Source of the DNA: Eledone cirrhosa
Lineage: Eukaryota
Length of the DNA: 64,000 bases
Assembly: GCA_964016885.1 (NCBI GenBank)
Contig: OZ024743.1
Span: forward strand, 349,866,001 to 349,930,000
Direction of reading: 5' to 3'
A program made the translations under genes and the position numbers. The notes beneath the pieces were generated by a model that was given only the letters and a program-made list of their open reading frames with translations, was not told the origin of the DNA and did not search any database. This document shows, piece by piece, positions 13,416 to 27,695 of this stretch. Numbering within the stretch: position 1 is the first letter of the stretch; the number at the start of each line of letters is the position of its first letter.

Positions 13416-13600
13416 TGTTTCTACTTTAGGCACAAGGCCAACAATTACCTAGTGCATTACTGGTACTTTATTTTATCGACCCCGTAAGGATGAAAGGCAA
13501 AGTCAACCTCGGCGGGATTTGAACTCAGATCGTAAAGGGACGTAACTATGCTGGAAAGCATGGCGTCCGACCCCCTACTGATAGTGCCAATCCACCCATC
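13416..13600 (-). mobile_element. Full-length tRNA-derived SINE with 13-bp TSD
   Basis: TSD TAAAACTAATAAC at 13403-13415 and 13601-13613; near identical to 56714-56894. Confidence 0.9.
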
Positions 13601-15526
13601 TAAAACTAATAACGAATTGATTTCTTCTCTGATTCCACAATGCCGAGGTAACCTTGTGGTTTCCGGCCGTCAACAGGACGTGCGTGTAGAACACCTACCC
13701 ATCCGATTATACGTTGACGCCGGCCTCTTCATTCAGGCCAGTTACACATACGGGACTGCAAATGTAATGATAAGTCAACGTACAACACCATTACCAATAC
13801 CTTTATCCGTAACTACTCTTTTATTCCTTCTTTCCATGAACTGCGGGCAGTTGTGGATAGCATCAGATCTACTGATCACTATGCCTCCTATGTGAACTTA
13901 AATATAAGAAACACGCTCCCATATGCCCTTCCTCTAATAGTGGATCATACAGCCTATTACTCCTCGACCAAGTACTCCGCAAATTCCAATTTTCCAATTC
14001 CTACTTGCTTATTTTCATGAGATAAATGATTATTTCGGGGTTACTCCAGTTAATGGTGGTAGCGTTTAAATAGTTCGTGATTCTTTGTTGCTTTGAAAAA
14101 TAAAATAATAAATATTTTCCTCTTGTTAACATGGTAAAATACATTTGTTACAAAGGTCTCTATGGTTTTAACTCTGAATGTCACAAATCGAATCTAAATG
14201 CCCTAAGGCATTTTACTCCACATATAAGAGGGGATTTTAACGCTCATGTTGCTTGAACTAGCTATGATAGAGATATATATAATTAATTAATTATGAATTG
14301 GTTGCAGCGGACAGCTGCTTATTTGTCTAATAGTACATCAATCACTACAATCTGTTCACCTTTAAAGAATGAGAAATGGCGTGTACTTGGTAAACATATA
14401 TTTTCAGTAATTAGTGACCGTCATTAATCCAGCGAAAACGATCCTTTATCTGTGATATATTTTCTGACAACAATGTATTTTTATGCTTTTCAGCTGGCTT
14501 ACGCTGATATTCTTTTCTATTGGATTTATTCATGTCTATTGAATTCATTGAATTTTTTTTTTTCATTTCGCAGTAATGGCTGACACCTGCTTAGGATTAG
14601 CTGAACTGCTATATACATGGAAGTTTTATTATTTGTTTTAATGTTGAAGGCTTTGTGGTATCATGTTACCATTTATACATAGATAGAAGACTGGATTTGA
14701 ACCTGAACGCATACAACAGGAACAGAAATCGCAAGGTTTCTCATACGACGCTCATACAATTCCATCAATACATTGCATTGGCTTGGTATGATCTGGACTG
14801 GAATGTTATTTATCGACCAGAAAGGATGAAGGTCATATGTCACCAGATCTATTAGATTCAGTTGAATCAACTATTTGTTTTAAGCGTTTATCTAAAATAC
14901 ACCAAGTCTTTTCCCATATCTGACTGGAAGGCAGAGGCAAATAGTTGATTTGAATGTGATGGTGTATTGAAGGAAGGCAGGGAATGAGATGGAGAGATGT
15001 GGTTGATAAGTGTATGCCTCATGGAGCGGCACAAGGTAGGAGAAATGAGTGGCCGTTTCATTAAGCTTCCGCCTTTCAGTTGGGAGATATTGGTTGATAA
15101 TTATGACCAAGACGACGACGATGACACCCATTACAATGTCGACAATGATGACGTTGTTAATATTCCGTATGGAAAGTTATATTGTTGTTTAGTTCAAGGT
15201 CAGCTGTGATTGAACATATCTTTAGCATCCCAATTTGCTCAGAGACAATGTGTTTGGGTTTAACTTATGCGTGACGTCTTTAATTTATTAAACAATTAGG
15301 ACACGACTTGAGGGGAAATTATCTGCTATTTCTAACTGGGAGATATTTGAATGCTACTTTATGAAAAACTGGAGAAAAACGTGTAAAGTAACGATTCTAA
15401 ATGAAATCGATTTCTAGGAAAGTGTCTATGGCCAAAAAGCTTTTAGTGAGTGATCGCTATGATACCAAATTTCATTAATGTGAGGCGTGTGGAAAACGTT
15501 GACTAGACAAATTTGAAGAAGTAAAT

Positions 15527-15614
<88 letters not shown>
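15527..15614. repeat. (GTA)n trinucleotide microsatellite
   Basis: About 29 perfect GTA units. Confidence 0.98.
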
Positions 15615-17235
15615 ACATAAAGATGTTACAATTAGTATAAAACTTTACATTATTCGACCAGAGTTATTATTGTTGTTGATGTGTGGGACTATTTCAATGC
15701 TGATTGAGCTGACCTTTTGAAAATGTCATTCTATTAGTGACCAATCCGTTTTTCCTTTCCAATTCTGATTTTGTGTATTAGAGACTACAGTATCTAATGT
15801 AAAAGAAAGCAGGATTTGATTTGAGGTTTATTTGGTTGTTATTTCTAGCAAGTTAAATGTCTAAAGTTCTTTCTGGCTGGCTTGTATATAGCCTGCATAT
15901 TTTTATATGGTTAACATCTAATGACAAACAAATGACTACTTGTTGATGAGAGATTAATCCTTCTCAATGTCCCTAGATTCTGTTTTTTATGACCAAATCA
16001 GTTCTGATCTTGTGAATCTATGACCAAAGGTGTTCCAGCTGTGGCTATACCATGTTTGTTATGCAACTAAGACAAATATATCTGAGATAGTAGATTGAAA
16101 GAGACTGATATTTCTACAAGATTGAACGGCCATGTAGATGTAGATGTTTCCTCGTTGTGATTAAAGAAGTATACAAAACCATATGTTTGTGTTCAATTCT
16201 ATATGTGTTTTAACAGGAATAAGAGACTCGGCGTGTTAAATGCATTTACTGAGTGTAAAACAAGTATAGTTTGTCTTATATTTTATTATAGATTGTAAAG
16301 AGTTCTCCGGGAAGTTTCATAGTTTTACCTCTGATATATATGTTGTACAATATTTTCTGTTACAGCTCAAGACGTTACATTATCACTGTGATAGAAGTTG
16401 TTGGTAATCCCAGGTAATCTCTTATTCAGCAGCGCCCCTGTCGTCATTACTTGCTGTCTTTAGCTTCACGTATTGTGTATATAATTCAACATTGCCTATT
16501 AGATGCCACTAATTTTATGAGGGCATGATAAAAATTAAGGAAATTTGTTTTCTAATTCTAGCTTGACAAATAATCACCTATATGCTCCTGTCATCGTCCA
16601 AGTATCATATAGGATAAAAGGTTCTCAAAGGGGGGTTATGCCCCCCCCCCCGGGGGCGTTTCGTAGCTCCATGGGGGGGGGGCGTTATGCAGTAAGAGGG
16701 CGTTAGGGGGGCGTTTGAAATTTTGAGGGCGCTAGAAGCCCCTTTAGTTTGGTAAGTTTTATAAGTCATATTTGACAGTGATTTGAATGAAGAAAACAAA
16801 GAAAATTAACTAAAGAAGCTTGTCAACGAATTCCCTAGGGAGATAAAGAAAATCAAAAGAAATCAAAGAGAATAAAAGTAAGGCCTACTTCAACAGAATT
16901 GACAAAAGAAGCAATGGTGGTGAACATGCACACACATACATACACACACACATATATACACATACATACACACACACATATATATACACACACAGGCCGG
17001 CGTTAGTGTTTGGTGAAGTTGAAAACCTGGTCAGTTTTCAGCCAGAAGTGTGGTATTTAATCTCCCTAAGTAATAAAATCTGGCGACAAAAATGTTCTCC
17101 TTACCAAAAGAAGAAGACATACATCATATCAACATCCTTATACACTTAAATATAAATGCATATATATATACAAATGTATAAATGCATAGCTATATACATA
17201 CGTAAATGTATGTATATAGGTATGTATGTATATAG

Positions 17236-17310
<75 letters not shown>

Positions 17311-17458
17311 GATTTTGAGTTTATGTTGGTTGTATACCAACACCTCAGTATGCAGGCTGGAGCACTCGACGAAGTGCGCAGGTTGGTTTGGTTACTCCGG
17401 AGTAGTGTAAAATAAAGTTAAATAAAAGTCAAATGATTAAAATTTAGCTTCGTTTATT

Positions 17459-17513
17459 ACTGCTATATATATTTCAGTGACAGCCATCTTTGGCTGTGAC
17501 CTCTTCAGGCAGT
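17459..17513 (-). ncRNA. Type I hammerhead ribozyme motif
   Basis: Minus strand ACTGC-CTGAAGA-GGTCACAGCCA-AAGA-TGGCTGTCACT-GAAA-TATATA-TA-GCAGT: 5-bp stem I, 11-position stem II with one mismatch, palindromic stem III, AUA site. Confidence 0.8.
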
Positions 17514-17691
17514 TTGAATTAGTATGGTATAGACAAGTACATATGTATAGACAAGTACATATGTTTGAATTAGTATGGTATAGACAAGTGCATTTATATT
17601 TATATATATATATATATATATAATACATGCATTTATAATACATATATATATACATGCATTTATATTTATATATATATATATATATATAATC

Positions 17692-17730
<39 letters not shown>

Positions 17731-17750
17731 ATATATATATATATATAAAT

Positions 17751-18572
17751 ATGGTGGCTGCCAACTCGTTTTCGATTACGGCCACTACTTTATATCCATG
17801 TAGGAGAACCCCTACCGATGCGCTGATCGAGGTGACTTTTTAGTCCAGCCAGCGACTTGAAAACTCTGGTACAAACACTACACTTGTGACAATTATTGAC
17901 ATATAGTTCTGGGCCTATGGTACCATGTGACGACAAGTGCAGAGAGATCTCCAGATATAAAGCAATGCCTGTGCCGTGAAGCTTTTATAGTGAGCAAAGG
18001 CACTGCACAAAGCCGCCAGTCCCACTCTCTTAACCAAGATGATATTTACCAATATTTACCAAGATGATATATAAATATACATACATACATACATACATAC
18101 ATACATACATACATGGTGGCTGCCAACTCGTTTTCGAGTACGGTCACTACTTTATATCCATGTAGGAGAACCCCTACCGATGCGCTGAACAAGTGTGACT
18201 TATTAGTCCAGCCAGCGACTTGAAAACTCTGGTACAAACACTACACTTGTGACAATTATTGATACATAGTGCTGGGCCCATGGTACCATGTGACGACAAG
18301 TGCAGAGAGATCTCCAGATATAAAGCAATGCCTGTGCCGTGAAGCTTTTATAGTGAGCAAAGGCACTGCACAAAGCCAGTCCCACGCTCTTAACCAAGAT
18401 GATATTTACCAAAAAGAAGAACAAGTCAACATCATTGGATACCATCAGGGTTGCAGGTGTTATATCAGAGTTATCCTTCTCCTAGAATTCTGCCTTGACA
18501 AAGGCTAAGGGGTCATCTCTCCCGGTGATTTTGGATGGGCATTGACTCTTAAGAGCTCCTTTGCCCTTTGAC
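17751..18572 (-). mobile_element. Non-autonomous RTE-related element with partial tandem duplication
   Basis: 17751-18052 duplicates 18113-18412; minus strand carries GAAGGATAACTCTGATATAACACC (RTE 5'-UTR-like, compare 23713-23735) and ends in (TATG)n. Confidence 0.6.
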
Positions 18573-18650
18573 ATACATACATACATACATACATACATAC
18601 ATACATACATACATACATACATAAATCTACATACATACATATAGTTATAT

Positions 18651-18751
<101 letters not shown>

Positions 18752-18920
18752 AATAAATCTACATACATACATACATATATATATATATATAAATCTGCAT
18801 ACATACATATATACATACATACATTTACGTATGTATATAGCTATGCATTTATACATTTGTATATATATACATGCATTTATATTTAAGTGTGTAAGGTTAT
18901 ATATATATATATATATGTGT

Positions 18921-19018
<98 letters not shown>

Positions 19019-19047
19019 AATATATATATTATACACACACACATTAT

Positions 19048-19081
<34 letters not shown>

Positions 19082-19340
19082 CCAGTGTGGCAAGAATCTT
19101 GTTTCCCAACCACATATTTCCGGGTTCAGTCCCACTGCCCGGGCCGACCAAAGCCCTGTGAGTGGATTTGATAGATCGAAACTAAAAGAAGCCCGTCGTA
19201 TATATGTATATATGTCTGTGTGTGTCTTTGCGTTTGTGTTTGCCCTCCCACCAATGCTTGTTGGTTTCTTGACATCCCCATAACTTACCAAGGGAGGCTC
19301 CAGCGTGGGCGTAGTCCAGAGACAGAAAAAAAGTAAAATA
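19082..19340 (+). mobile_element. Decayed tRNA-derived SINE (second family)
   Basis: B-box-like GGGTTCAGTCCC followed by GCCGACCAAAGCC.TGTGAGTGGATTTG...AAAGAAGCCCGTCGTATATATG; a related minus-strand fragment lies near 12140-12180. Confidence 0.6.
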
Positions 19341-19360
19341 TATATGTGTGTGTGTAGAAG

Positions 19361-19764
19361 AGGGGTCTGAAACTCAAGGACACAAAAGGACTATTACGTC
19401 CTGGAGGAGAGGCACAGTGGGCCAAACGTGGTGGTGGGTGAACATTTTCACCAGTTATAATCATTTCTACTATAGGAACAAGGTATGAAATTTGGGGTTT
19501 AGGGTTCAGTCGATTGCATCGATCTTAGTACACAACTGGTACTTAATTCATCGACCCCAAAAGGATGTAAGGCAAAGTTGAGATCGGCGGAATTTGAACT
19601 CAGAACGTAAAAACGGAAGAAGTACCGTTAAGCATTTCGCCAGATGTGCTAACGGCTCCACTAGCTCGCCGCCTTATTTTCACCAGTTATAATGCGATAT
19701 GAAATATTGGTTCTACCACGGGCCACAGATAAGTAGTTCGCGGGCCGCATGTGTGAGCGCCCTG
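19361..19764. mobile_element. Small hAT-type MITE interrupted by a SINE
   Basis: Left AGGGGTCTGAAACTCAA and right CGCGGGCCGCATGTGTGAGCGCCCTG resemble CAGGGG-TIR hAT MITE ends with GGGCC subterminal motifs. Confidence 0.45.
19462..19675 (-). mobile_element. Full-length tRNA-derived SINE with 18-bp TSD
   Basis: Minus strand starts GGCGGCGAGCTAGTGGAGCCGTTAGC, B-box GAGTTCAAATTCC; TSD ATTTTCACCAGTTATAAT at 19444-19461 and 19676-19693. Confidence 0.9.
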
Positions 19765-19774
19765 TTGGAGATAA

Positions 19775-19843
<69 letters not shown>

Positions 19844-19908
19844 GGTGTACCAAACACACACACATTTCTTACTCTCTCTTTCTCTCTTCATTTATATATA
19901 TATATATA

Positions 19909-19971
<63 letters not shown>

Positions 19972-20608
19972 AGCGTTGTTATTTGGCGTTGTTGAAAAGA
20001 GCAGTGGCCTTTGACCTGGCAATAAAGAACTGTAGACAAAATTCTTTCTGTACCCAAACCAAGGCACACAGACACACAAACAAGTTTGTGTGTGTGTATG
20101 TATATGTGTGTGTGTGTGTATGTGTGTATGTGTGTGCGTGCGCGTCTATGTGTGTTTGTGTGTGTCTGTGTATCTATCTATGTATATACATATAAGGGAT
20201 ACAAATATTACTTTCTCACTGTCTCCAAGCTTCTCAATTCATTCGTTGCTAAGTATTTTATTTTGCTTCGAGGTATTTTATTTTGCAAGGTACTATTTTT
20301 CCCCTGAGTTTGTGATTTCAGAGAAAGGTAAGAAATTCTTCATATTTTGCATCTTTTGTATTTTGACTTTACAGTTTGAATTGTAGAATTGTTTATCCAA
20401 TCAAAATATTACAACAGCTAACAGTGAAATATAGAATTTAAAAAAAGCTTTTTCGACTGAAATCAAGTCTTTGAGAACATTCACGTCTATTTTTCAAAAA
20501 TATATAATTTGAATTAGTTTACTTTTGTTTTGGACTGAAACTTGTTTTGTATTTAATTCATACGGGTATTTTTTAAAGATCTTTTTAAAGATTATAACAT
20601 AACTTGAT

Positions 20609-21076
20609 TTGGCCATTTACGTGCACTGCGGCATTCATATTTCTCAAATTATTATAACTAAGTCCGTACAACAAGCTTCACTTATCAAAACTGTTCTAGA
20701 TTACGTGAATGAATTGCGGAAACTATATAGTACATCAGGGAAATTTAAGCAAGCGTATTTATCACAACATGATGAAGAACATGAAGTATCGTCACCACGC
20801 TCCTTAACACCTGTGTGCCCTACACGATGGCTAACACGTCTTTCTGAAGTCAAAGCCCTTCTTGACAATTATTCAGATGTCCCTATTTCTTTACAAGAGG
20901 CAACAAATGAGTTTGGCACCAACATTGCATCCAGAGCTAATGTTATTCTTACGTGTCACTCTCCGGGCCAATGTGTTCTTGGATTGCACGTTGTAGTTCC
21001 ATTACTTCAATTCCTTGAAGGATTGAAGAAATCTTTTCAAAGAACCACCTTCAATCTAGGTAGCATGTTGCTTCTT
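20609..21076 (+). pseudogene. hAT transposase fragment, Tip100/ZMYM-like
   Basis: YVHCGIH (CxxH motif) and PVCPTRWLTR (TRW motif) of the hAT insertion domain. Confidence 0.8.
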
Positions 21077-21804
21077 TGAACTGTTCGACTCTATCATTGA
21101 GTTTCTTCGAGGACGCAACACAGAACTGTATAAAAAGAAACCCTCGATGTGAGGCAAGACTGCGCCTACCTCACCGACATCTTCGACAAATGCAATAGCC
21201 TCATTATGGCTTTGCAGGAGGAGAAGATCACCTTGTTTAAAGCAAGGAATGCTGTGAAAATATTCCTGGCCAAATTGAAATTCATCGAAAGGAATTCTAT
21301 AATTTTCCTAGTGTCGCCAATGTTCAAAACATTGTGAGCGATCACCAACTCCAAATTTATACCGCGCACCTCCGTGCACTACAGGACAACATGAGAGAAC
21401 GGTTTGTCGACCTTTTGCAGATGGACATCCCAATGTGGATAGCAGATCCCTTCATAGCTAACATCGACAAATTCGACGTTCAATTTCAGGAAGAATTAAT
21501 TGAACTTCAGACAGATGACATTATCAAAATTAAATTTTCCAAAATAGGTGAACCCCTTTTTTGGATGCAAGAGGAAATTCAGCGTCGATTTTCACTCCTA
21601 CATGCAGAGGCTAAGAGATTTGCTTTGCCTTTTCCTAGCTCATACTTAGTCGAGAGGGGGTTTGGCGTTGTTTCCAGACTGCATAGTAAGGCTCGCAACC
21701 GCTACAATGTGATTGCACGTGGAGATCTCCGGCTACAGCTCACGAAATTCCAGCCTGACGTCAAAGAGTTAGCTAAATTCCTTGAAGCTCAAGGGTCCCA
21801 TTGA
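21077..21804 (+). pseudogene. hAT transposase C-terminal fragment, Charlie/Buster (ZBED5/SCAND3-like), frameshifted
   Basis: FELFDSIIEFL, AYLTDIFDKCN..ALQ, WIADPF, EELIELQ, LPFPSSYLVERGF (catalytic E), RGDLRLQL and terminal AQGSH*. Confidence 0.9.
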
Positions 21805-23413
21805 TACGAGGTCAAAGTAAGTCGATTTTTATTTGTAGTTGCAGTCTGAATGGACTGGAAACCATCTACCACAATTCACTTACTCATTTGTTGTATATAT
21901 TTTACCGTTTACTAATGAATATACCCTCTTACGTGGTCATGAAAACCCTCTTGCGTGGTCTCTAAGCTCACAAAGCGGAGGGGACATCAAGTTAGATATC
22001 AACATTTATTCTGTCCGTTTCATTAAAGGGAAAATTGGAAAGCTTTGAAATAATACAATTGCCACTTTCTTCCAGATAAGAGCACTCTTTGGATAGACAG
22101 AGTTGCTCTTGTATAAATGTTCAATCTAGCTGGTATCGTCTGGTGGGAATATAACAAATTCAACTGGTGCTTATTCATACAAAAGAACATATATGTTCCT
22201 TTTTTTGAAATTTATATACTTCCTTTCAAGGAATGTATTTATACTTTCAACTGCCTGCAATGGTATCTTGGGAATATCGTTAATCAATTCTTTAGTAATC
22301 TACTGATATCAAAATCAGTAGTATATTGAATCGTTTGGCCGAAATGGGTTGAGAACCTTTGATATTCGGAAGAAGGAATACAGTATTGATTGTCGGTCAA
22401 AGAGAGAATCGCTGGAATTATCGTTGTTTAACCCTTAAATCAACATTCATAGAGTAGACATATCAAAAGGCAACCAAGTCGTTTTGTATAGCATGGCTTC
22501 ATTGATCAAAGAGTGTGATTTAAACAAGTCTTGACTTGTGATTCGAGAATGTCCAGCGACTGAATAGAGGGTTTCTCATTTACTCAGAATATATGTGGAG
22601 TGTACATGGTTGTTGTTAATGGATAGATTCTTGCCTTAAGGAGAAACGTATTGAAGACGACTGAGATCTAATATTTCAGACTAGTACTTACACTGATTGA
22701 ATTTATTAGGAAGTATATATGTCATTGCATGGTGGGATAATGGGTATTATGATATATTCCAACTTGTTTGTCGTTTTGTATGGTATTTGGCCAGATGTGC
22801 TGAAAGGCTTTCATATATAGACTGGAGAGAATTTCATACACCAAAAACCCTTGGAGACATGTCCTCAACAGTAAGATATCGTAGGTAAAGACGTTAGCAG
22901 AAGACTCTCCATACTTGCTCCTTTGGTTTTGAATGTGGGGAGAGATATAATATTACCACTGAAGACAGGGTCTTTGAATTCATTTAGCGTTCGTCATAAT
23001 CATAGAAATAGCGTCAGTTATTTTCCCTCCAAAGATTCCTTTATATGCAATTGTCTTGATAGACGAAAACAGTTCCAGTTCTATAGAAATCATAGTTACC
23101 AAACAGTTCATCTTATTAGACAAGAAAAATGTAGTGATTTCACATGAGATATGATTGCTTAAGACTGATTCGGTTACTTATTCTACAAATACATACAGCT
23201 TACATCAAATTTCTATTCGAACTAATAATAAGTAAATGTCCATAATTAGAAATGCTTTATGGGAACCAAGTGTAAATACTTCGCGAATATTATGGGTTAC
23301 GCTCCCGAACAGTATAGAATAAAACTGTAAAGTCGTTAGTCTAACGCATTTAAGCCGTATCATGAAGGGAGGAGATATACAAAGAAAAAAAATCATTAAA
23401 TATATCAGCTGAA

Positions 23414-23454
<41 letters not shown>

Positions 23455-23460
23455 GGGGGG

Positions 23461-25970
23461 GGGGGTTGCTAACCCGAGGGGTGACAGTGGGGATGAGTTC
23501 TCACTGCTTAAAAAATGCTCCTCGTGGCATGTGCTTCAAATAGCCTCTGGAAACCAAATCCAACTCCTGGCCTTCTCGTGTGGCCTAAGATGTTAGCCCA
23601 GCATAATTGCCACTACTGAGTGGAGAACGAGCGTAGGCGGGTTATGGTGCCTACGAACCAGTTCTCTGGGTATATGGAACTTGTGAACCTTGGAGGGCAG
23701 TCCATCTAAGAAAAGGCAAACTCTGAACTGAAATGTCTGCTGACCTGCGCTATACCCACTTATGGGAATAGCTTCGGAATTAAACCCCGAGGATAAATCC
23801 GGATCCCAAGGCCCTCAGACAGCTCGATGATATATCCCAGCTCGTTCTGGCAACTTCTGCAGCACCGCCGGTGCTAAGTTGTATTGGTCTCTGTCCTTCC
23901 CATGCACAACACCGATGACGAGGATAGGGGAGACGTGCTGCATGGGTAATTCCGATCCCTCATAAAACCCTGGCCAGGCCTGCGCCATGGAGAGGTCACT
24001 CCATTGTCGCCTCGCAGTGGCCGCATAACACGGAAGGATGCAGTTTACCGGTTATAAGACTGCAAATAATTGGCGTATGCGCAAGGCGCCAAGGGCTGCT
24101 TTCGACGGAGGGAGAGGTCATTGTGCCTCCCCGTACAGCTACATCCCGCATCAAGCTGGGCAGCCCCCAGCCAGTTACGCTGCTGTCCCTTACAGCACAC
24201 CTGCTTCGCGGGGTGTGTGGGTCTTAGGGATACTAATATACTGAATCGTAGGCTGTAAACACTGCACCAAAAAAAAAACAATGAACAAACAAACAATGTA
24301 AGAAACCGACACTCAGACATACGGACCATGTCCACTGGTCTGTCAGTTGATCTTCTAAATATTAGCGACACACGCAAAACAGCAGTTATCAACAACGAAC
24401 TGCTACGATTTCGAGTGCATATTGCAGCGCTCCATGGTACGCAGCCCCCAGATTCGGGACCCGTCGTGAGAAAGAATATATAATTTTTTCTGGTAGGGGA
24501 AAGGCATAATGAAGTCAGAGCGAATGGTCTGAGCTTTGCCATGCGGAACCCAATGTTGATGATGGCGAAACTCGGCAGCGGTTGTTCGGAGCGGATGTCT
24601 CACTAAGATTGCTCTTTTCAGATGGGTATGGGAATCTTGTCAATGTTAATGACCGAACCCTCTATTCCACATAAGAGGACAAAGATAAGTTTTACGATCA
24701 GCTCTCAAGAAAAATACAGGCACTCCCAAATGGAGTAGAACTGGTGCTACTTGGCGACTTCAACGCCAGAGTGGGAACCGACCACGATTCCTGGACAGTG
24801 TATCTGGGGCGGTACAGGGTCAGTAATATCACAATGGACAACGACTGCTTGAGCTCTATATGCTCCATCTACTATGTGTCAACCACACCTACATCCAGAC
24901 TTAAGTTCAGCACGAAGATATTTGGCCTCCAAATTGCTCATGGTACTGGCGCCAGCTAGATATGATCCTCACAAGACGGAACTAATTGAGAAATGTGCTC
25001 GTGGCTCGGTTATATAGATTGCTGACTGTGACACAGGTCACTCCCTGATTTGCTGCAATCTCAAACTCCAACCAAATAATGATGCACTACGCCAAGCCTC
25101 CGAGCGAACAACGTCATTAAAAGTAGTTGCATTCCTCAAGTCGCTGGAAGACGCCCTCCTTACAGACCCACCGGAGGGTGATGTTCAGCAGAAATGGGAC
25201 TCTCTCAGGTACACCATCCATGGAACGCAATGAAAACCTTCAGGAAGAAGCGAATAATTACTCCGAACTAGTTTGAAACGAGTGCGAATGAATTTAGTAC
25301 GACCATGGAGAACTGCACTGCCCTGCTGAAGTACAAACATCCACTCACCAGAGCAAGACTGTACGCATTCAGATCAGCTAGGAACAACACACAAAAAGAT
25401 TGCGACACGCTGTGAAATGATTACTGGAGGAGGAAATGCAGCACTTCAGGGCCTGGCAGGAATTCAGCCTGAACTTTAGTCTGAAGCAAACCAACGTACT
25501 GAACCAATGTGTTCAATCATCCTCCTACCATCACCACCAACAACTACGAGCTGGCGGTAGTCCACGACTTCATCTACTTCGGCTCTACCATCAGTGACAA
25601 CTTCACCATGGACCATGAGATCAGCAGAAAAGCTGGCCGAGCAACTTCCACATTTGTCAGGCTGGCGAAAAGTGTATGGTAGAACAGAAAACTAACTACA
25701 AACACCAGGATTGCTGTCTAGAAAACGTGCGTTCTCATCACTGATTTACGGCAGTGAGACATAGAGTCTCTACTCTAGACAAGAGTGTTCTCACTATGAT
25801 CTTCACCTTCGTAGTCTGCGTGGCATTTTGGATATCAAGTGGACTGACCGGGTCACCAACACTGAAGTCCTCAACCATGCTGACATGATACCCAGCATAT
25901 ACACCTTGCTCCAAAAGCACCGTCTGTGTTGGCTCGGTCACGTACAGTGTATGTCGAACGGTAGGATCCA
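23461..25970 (+). mobile_element. Old RTE (BovB-like) LINE: 5' UTR, AP endonuclease and C-terminus; RT core internally deleted
   Basis: RKTAVINNELLRFRVHIAAL, DKDKFYDQL, LLGDFNARVG (APE); jump near 25435 to VVHDFIYFGSTIS, IYGSET, ILDIKWTDRVTNTEVL, RLCWLGHV; many stops and frameshifts. Confidence 0.9.
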
Positions 25971-26497
25971 AACACGCACAAACACACATACACTCACACA
26001 CATTTGTGAATGTGCATATATTTGTAAGCCCGTGTATGTGTATGTATGTGTGAGAACGTGTACAATCGTGTGTATCAATATGTATTTCTATGTTTGCAAA
26101 CAGGATAACATATTTATTTAATTCTTTCATTGAATAAAAGATATAAATAAATATATTGTTTTTGCAGTGGACACAATCGCGTCTGTTATTGTAATCATAT
26201 TTTTATCTAACAAAATGATTTCAAATACCAATTCCCGTTCTATTTCCAATGAAACAATACCAACTCAATGACTGATAGTTATTCAACACAGACTTTGTGA
26301 ATATTTCTGATGGCGCATGTTGACGTCATTTCATTGTTCACACGGTCTCAAGATTATCAGTAAATATCTTCTTATAGCTATTGTTTGATTAGTGATCATG
26401 CACATTTCAATAAAACATGTTATAAGTGCTTATTTGCATTTAAATAAATATTTTACAAACACACACGCGCGCGTGCACGCGCACATGCACACTCACC

Positions 26498-26562
<65 letters not shown>

Positions 26563-26720
26563 TATATTTATATATATATATATATATATATATAACAGTT
26601 ATTCTTAAATCCTGAATAGAAAATATAGGTAGCACCAGACCCGTACATACTCAGTCAACACAAACTCACATACACTCGCGCGCACACACACGCACACACA
26701 CACACACACACAGTCACAAT

Positions 26721-27026
<306 letters not shown>

Positions 27027-27658
27027 TTGCGAGGTTTTTTATATGAATTCGTGTGTCGAAACAAATATTGTTATACTTGGGGAGGGTCATATTTGTGTAA
27101 TATTGCCAGAATTAATAACAGAACACACTCACTGTTTGGTTGGTTTTCGCTTTTCGCTTCTGTGTCTTTTATATCGGTAATCTAATATACTCGGTCCTCA
27201 ATGTTGCCATTGACTGACCGACGGTCAAAAATAATATAGATACACTATAGACACAAACACATATATATAGTTTATCATTGAGGACCGAGTATATTAGATT
27301 ACCGATATAAAAGACACAGAAGCGAAAACCAACCAAACAGTGAGTGTGTTCTGTTATTAATTCTGGCAATATTACACAAATATGACCCTCCCCAAGTATA
27401 ACAATATATATATATATATATATATAGGAAAAGAGTCAGGACCCCGACGGCTGAGCTCCGGCCGTTTCGACAGCTAGATTCTACTACCCTAAGTATCGAA
27501 TACTCTGATGCGTTATGGTCCAGCTTGTTCCTTACCACACTTTTTATTTTGTTATATATATATATATATAAATACATATATTTAATCAAGGCTAAATTAT
27601 GAGTCGTGTTACTCTGGCGTTCCGCCTGTCTATGACATGCTCATTAGATATTGTCTGA

Positions 27659-27695
<37 letters not shown>

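Noticed and set aside
13620-13910. Host exon in the GC-richer patch after the SINE
   Set aside because: Stops in all plausible spliced frames; more likely a highly decayed minus-strand LINE 3' fragment, too weak to list.
16607-16615. 8-bp TSD for the hAT outline 16616-22361
   Set aside because: Flanks (ATATAGGA versus ATATTCGG) match at only about half the positions.
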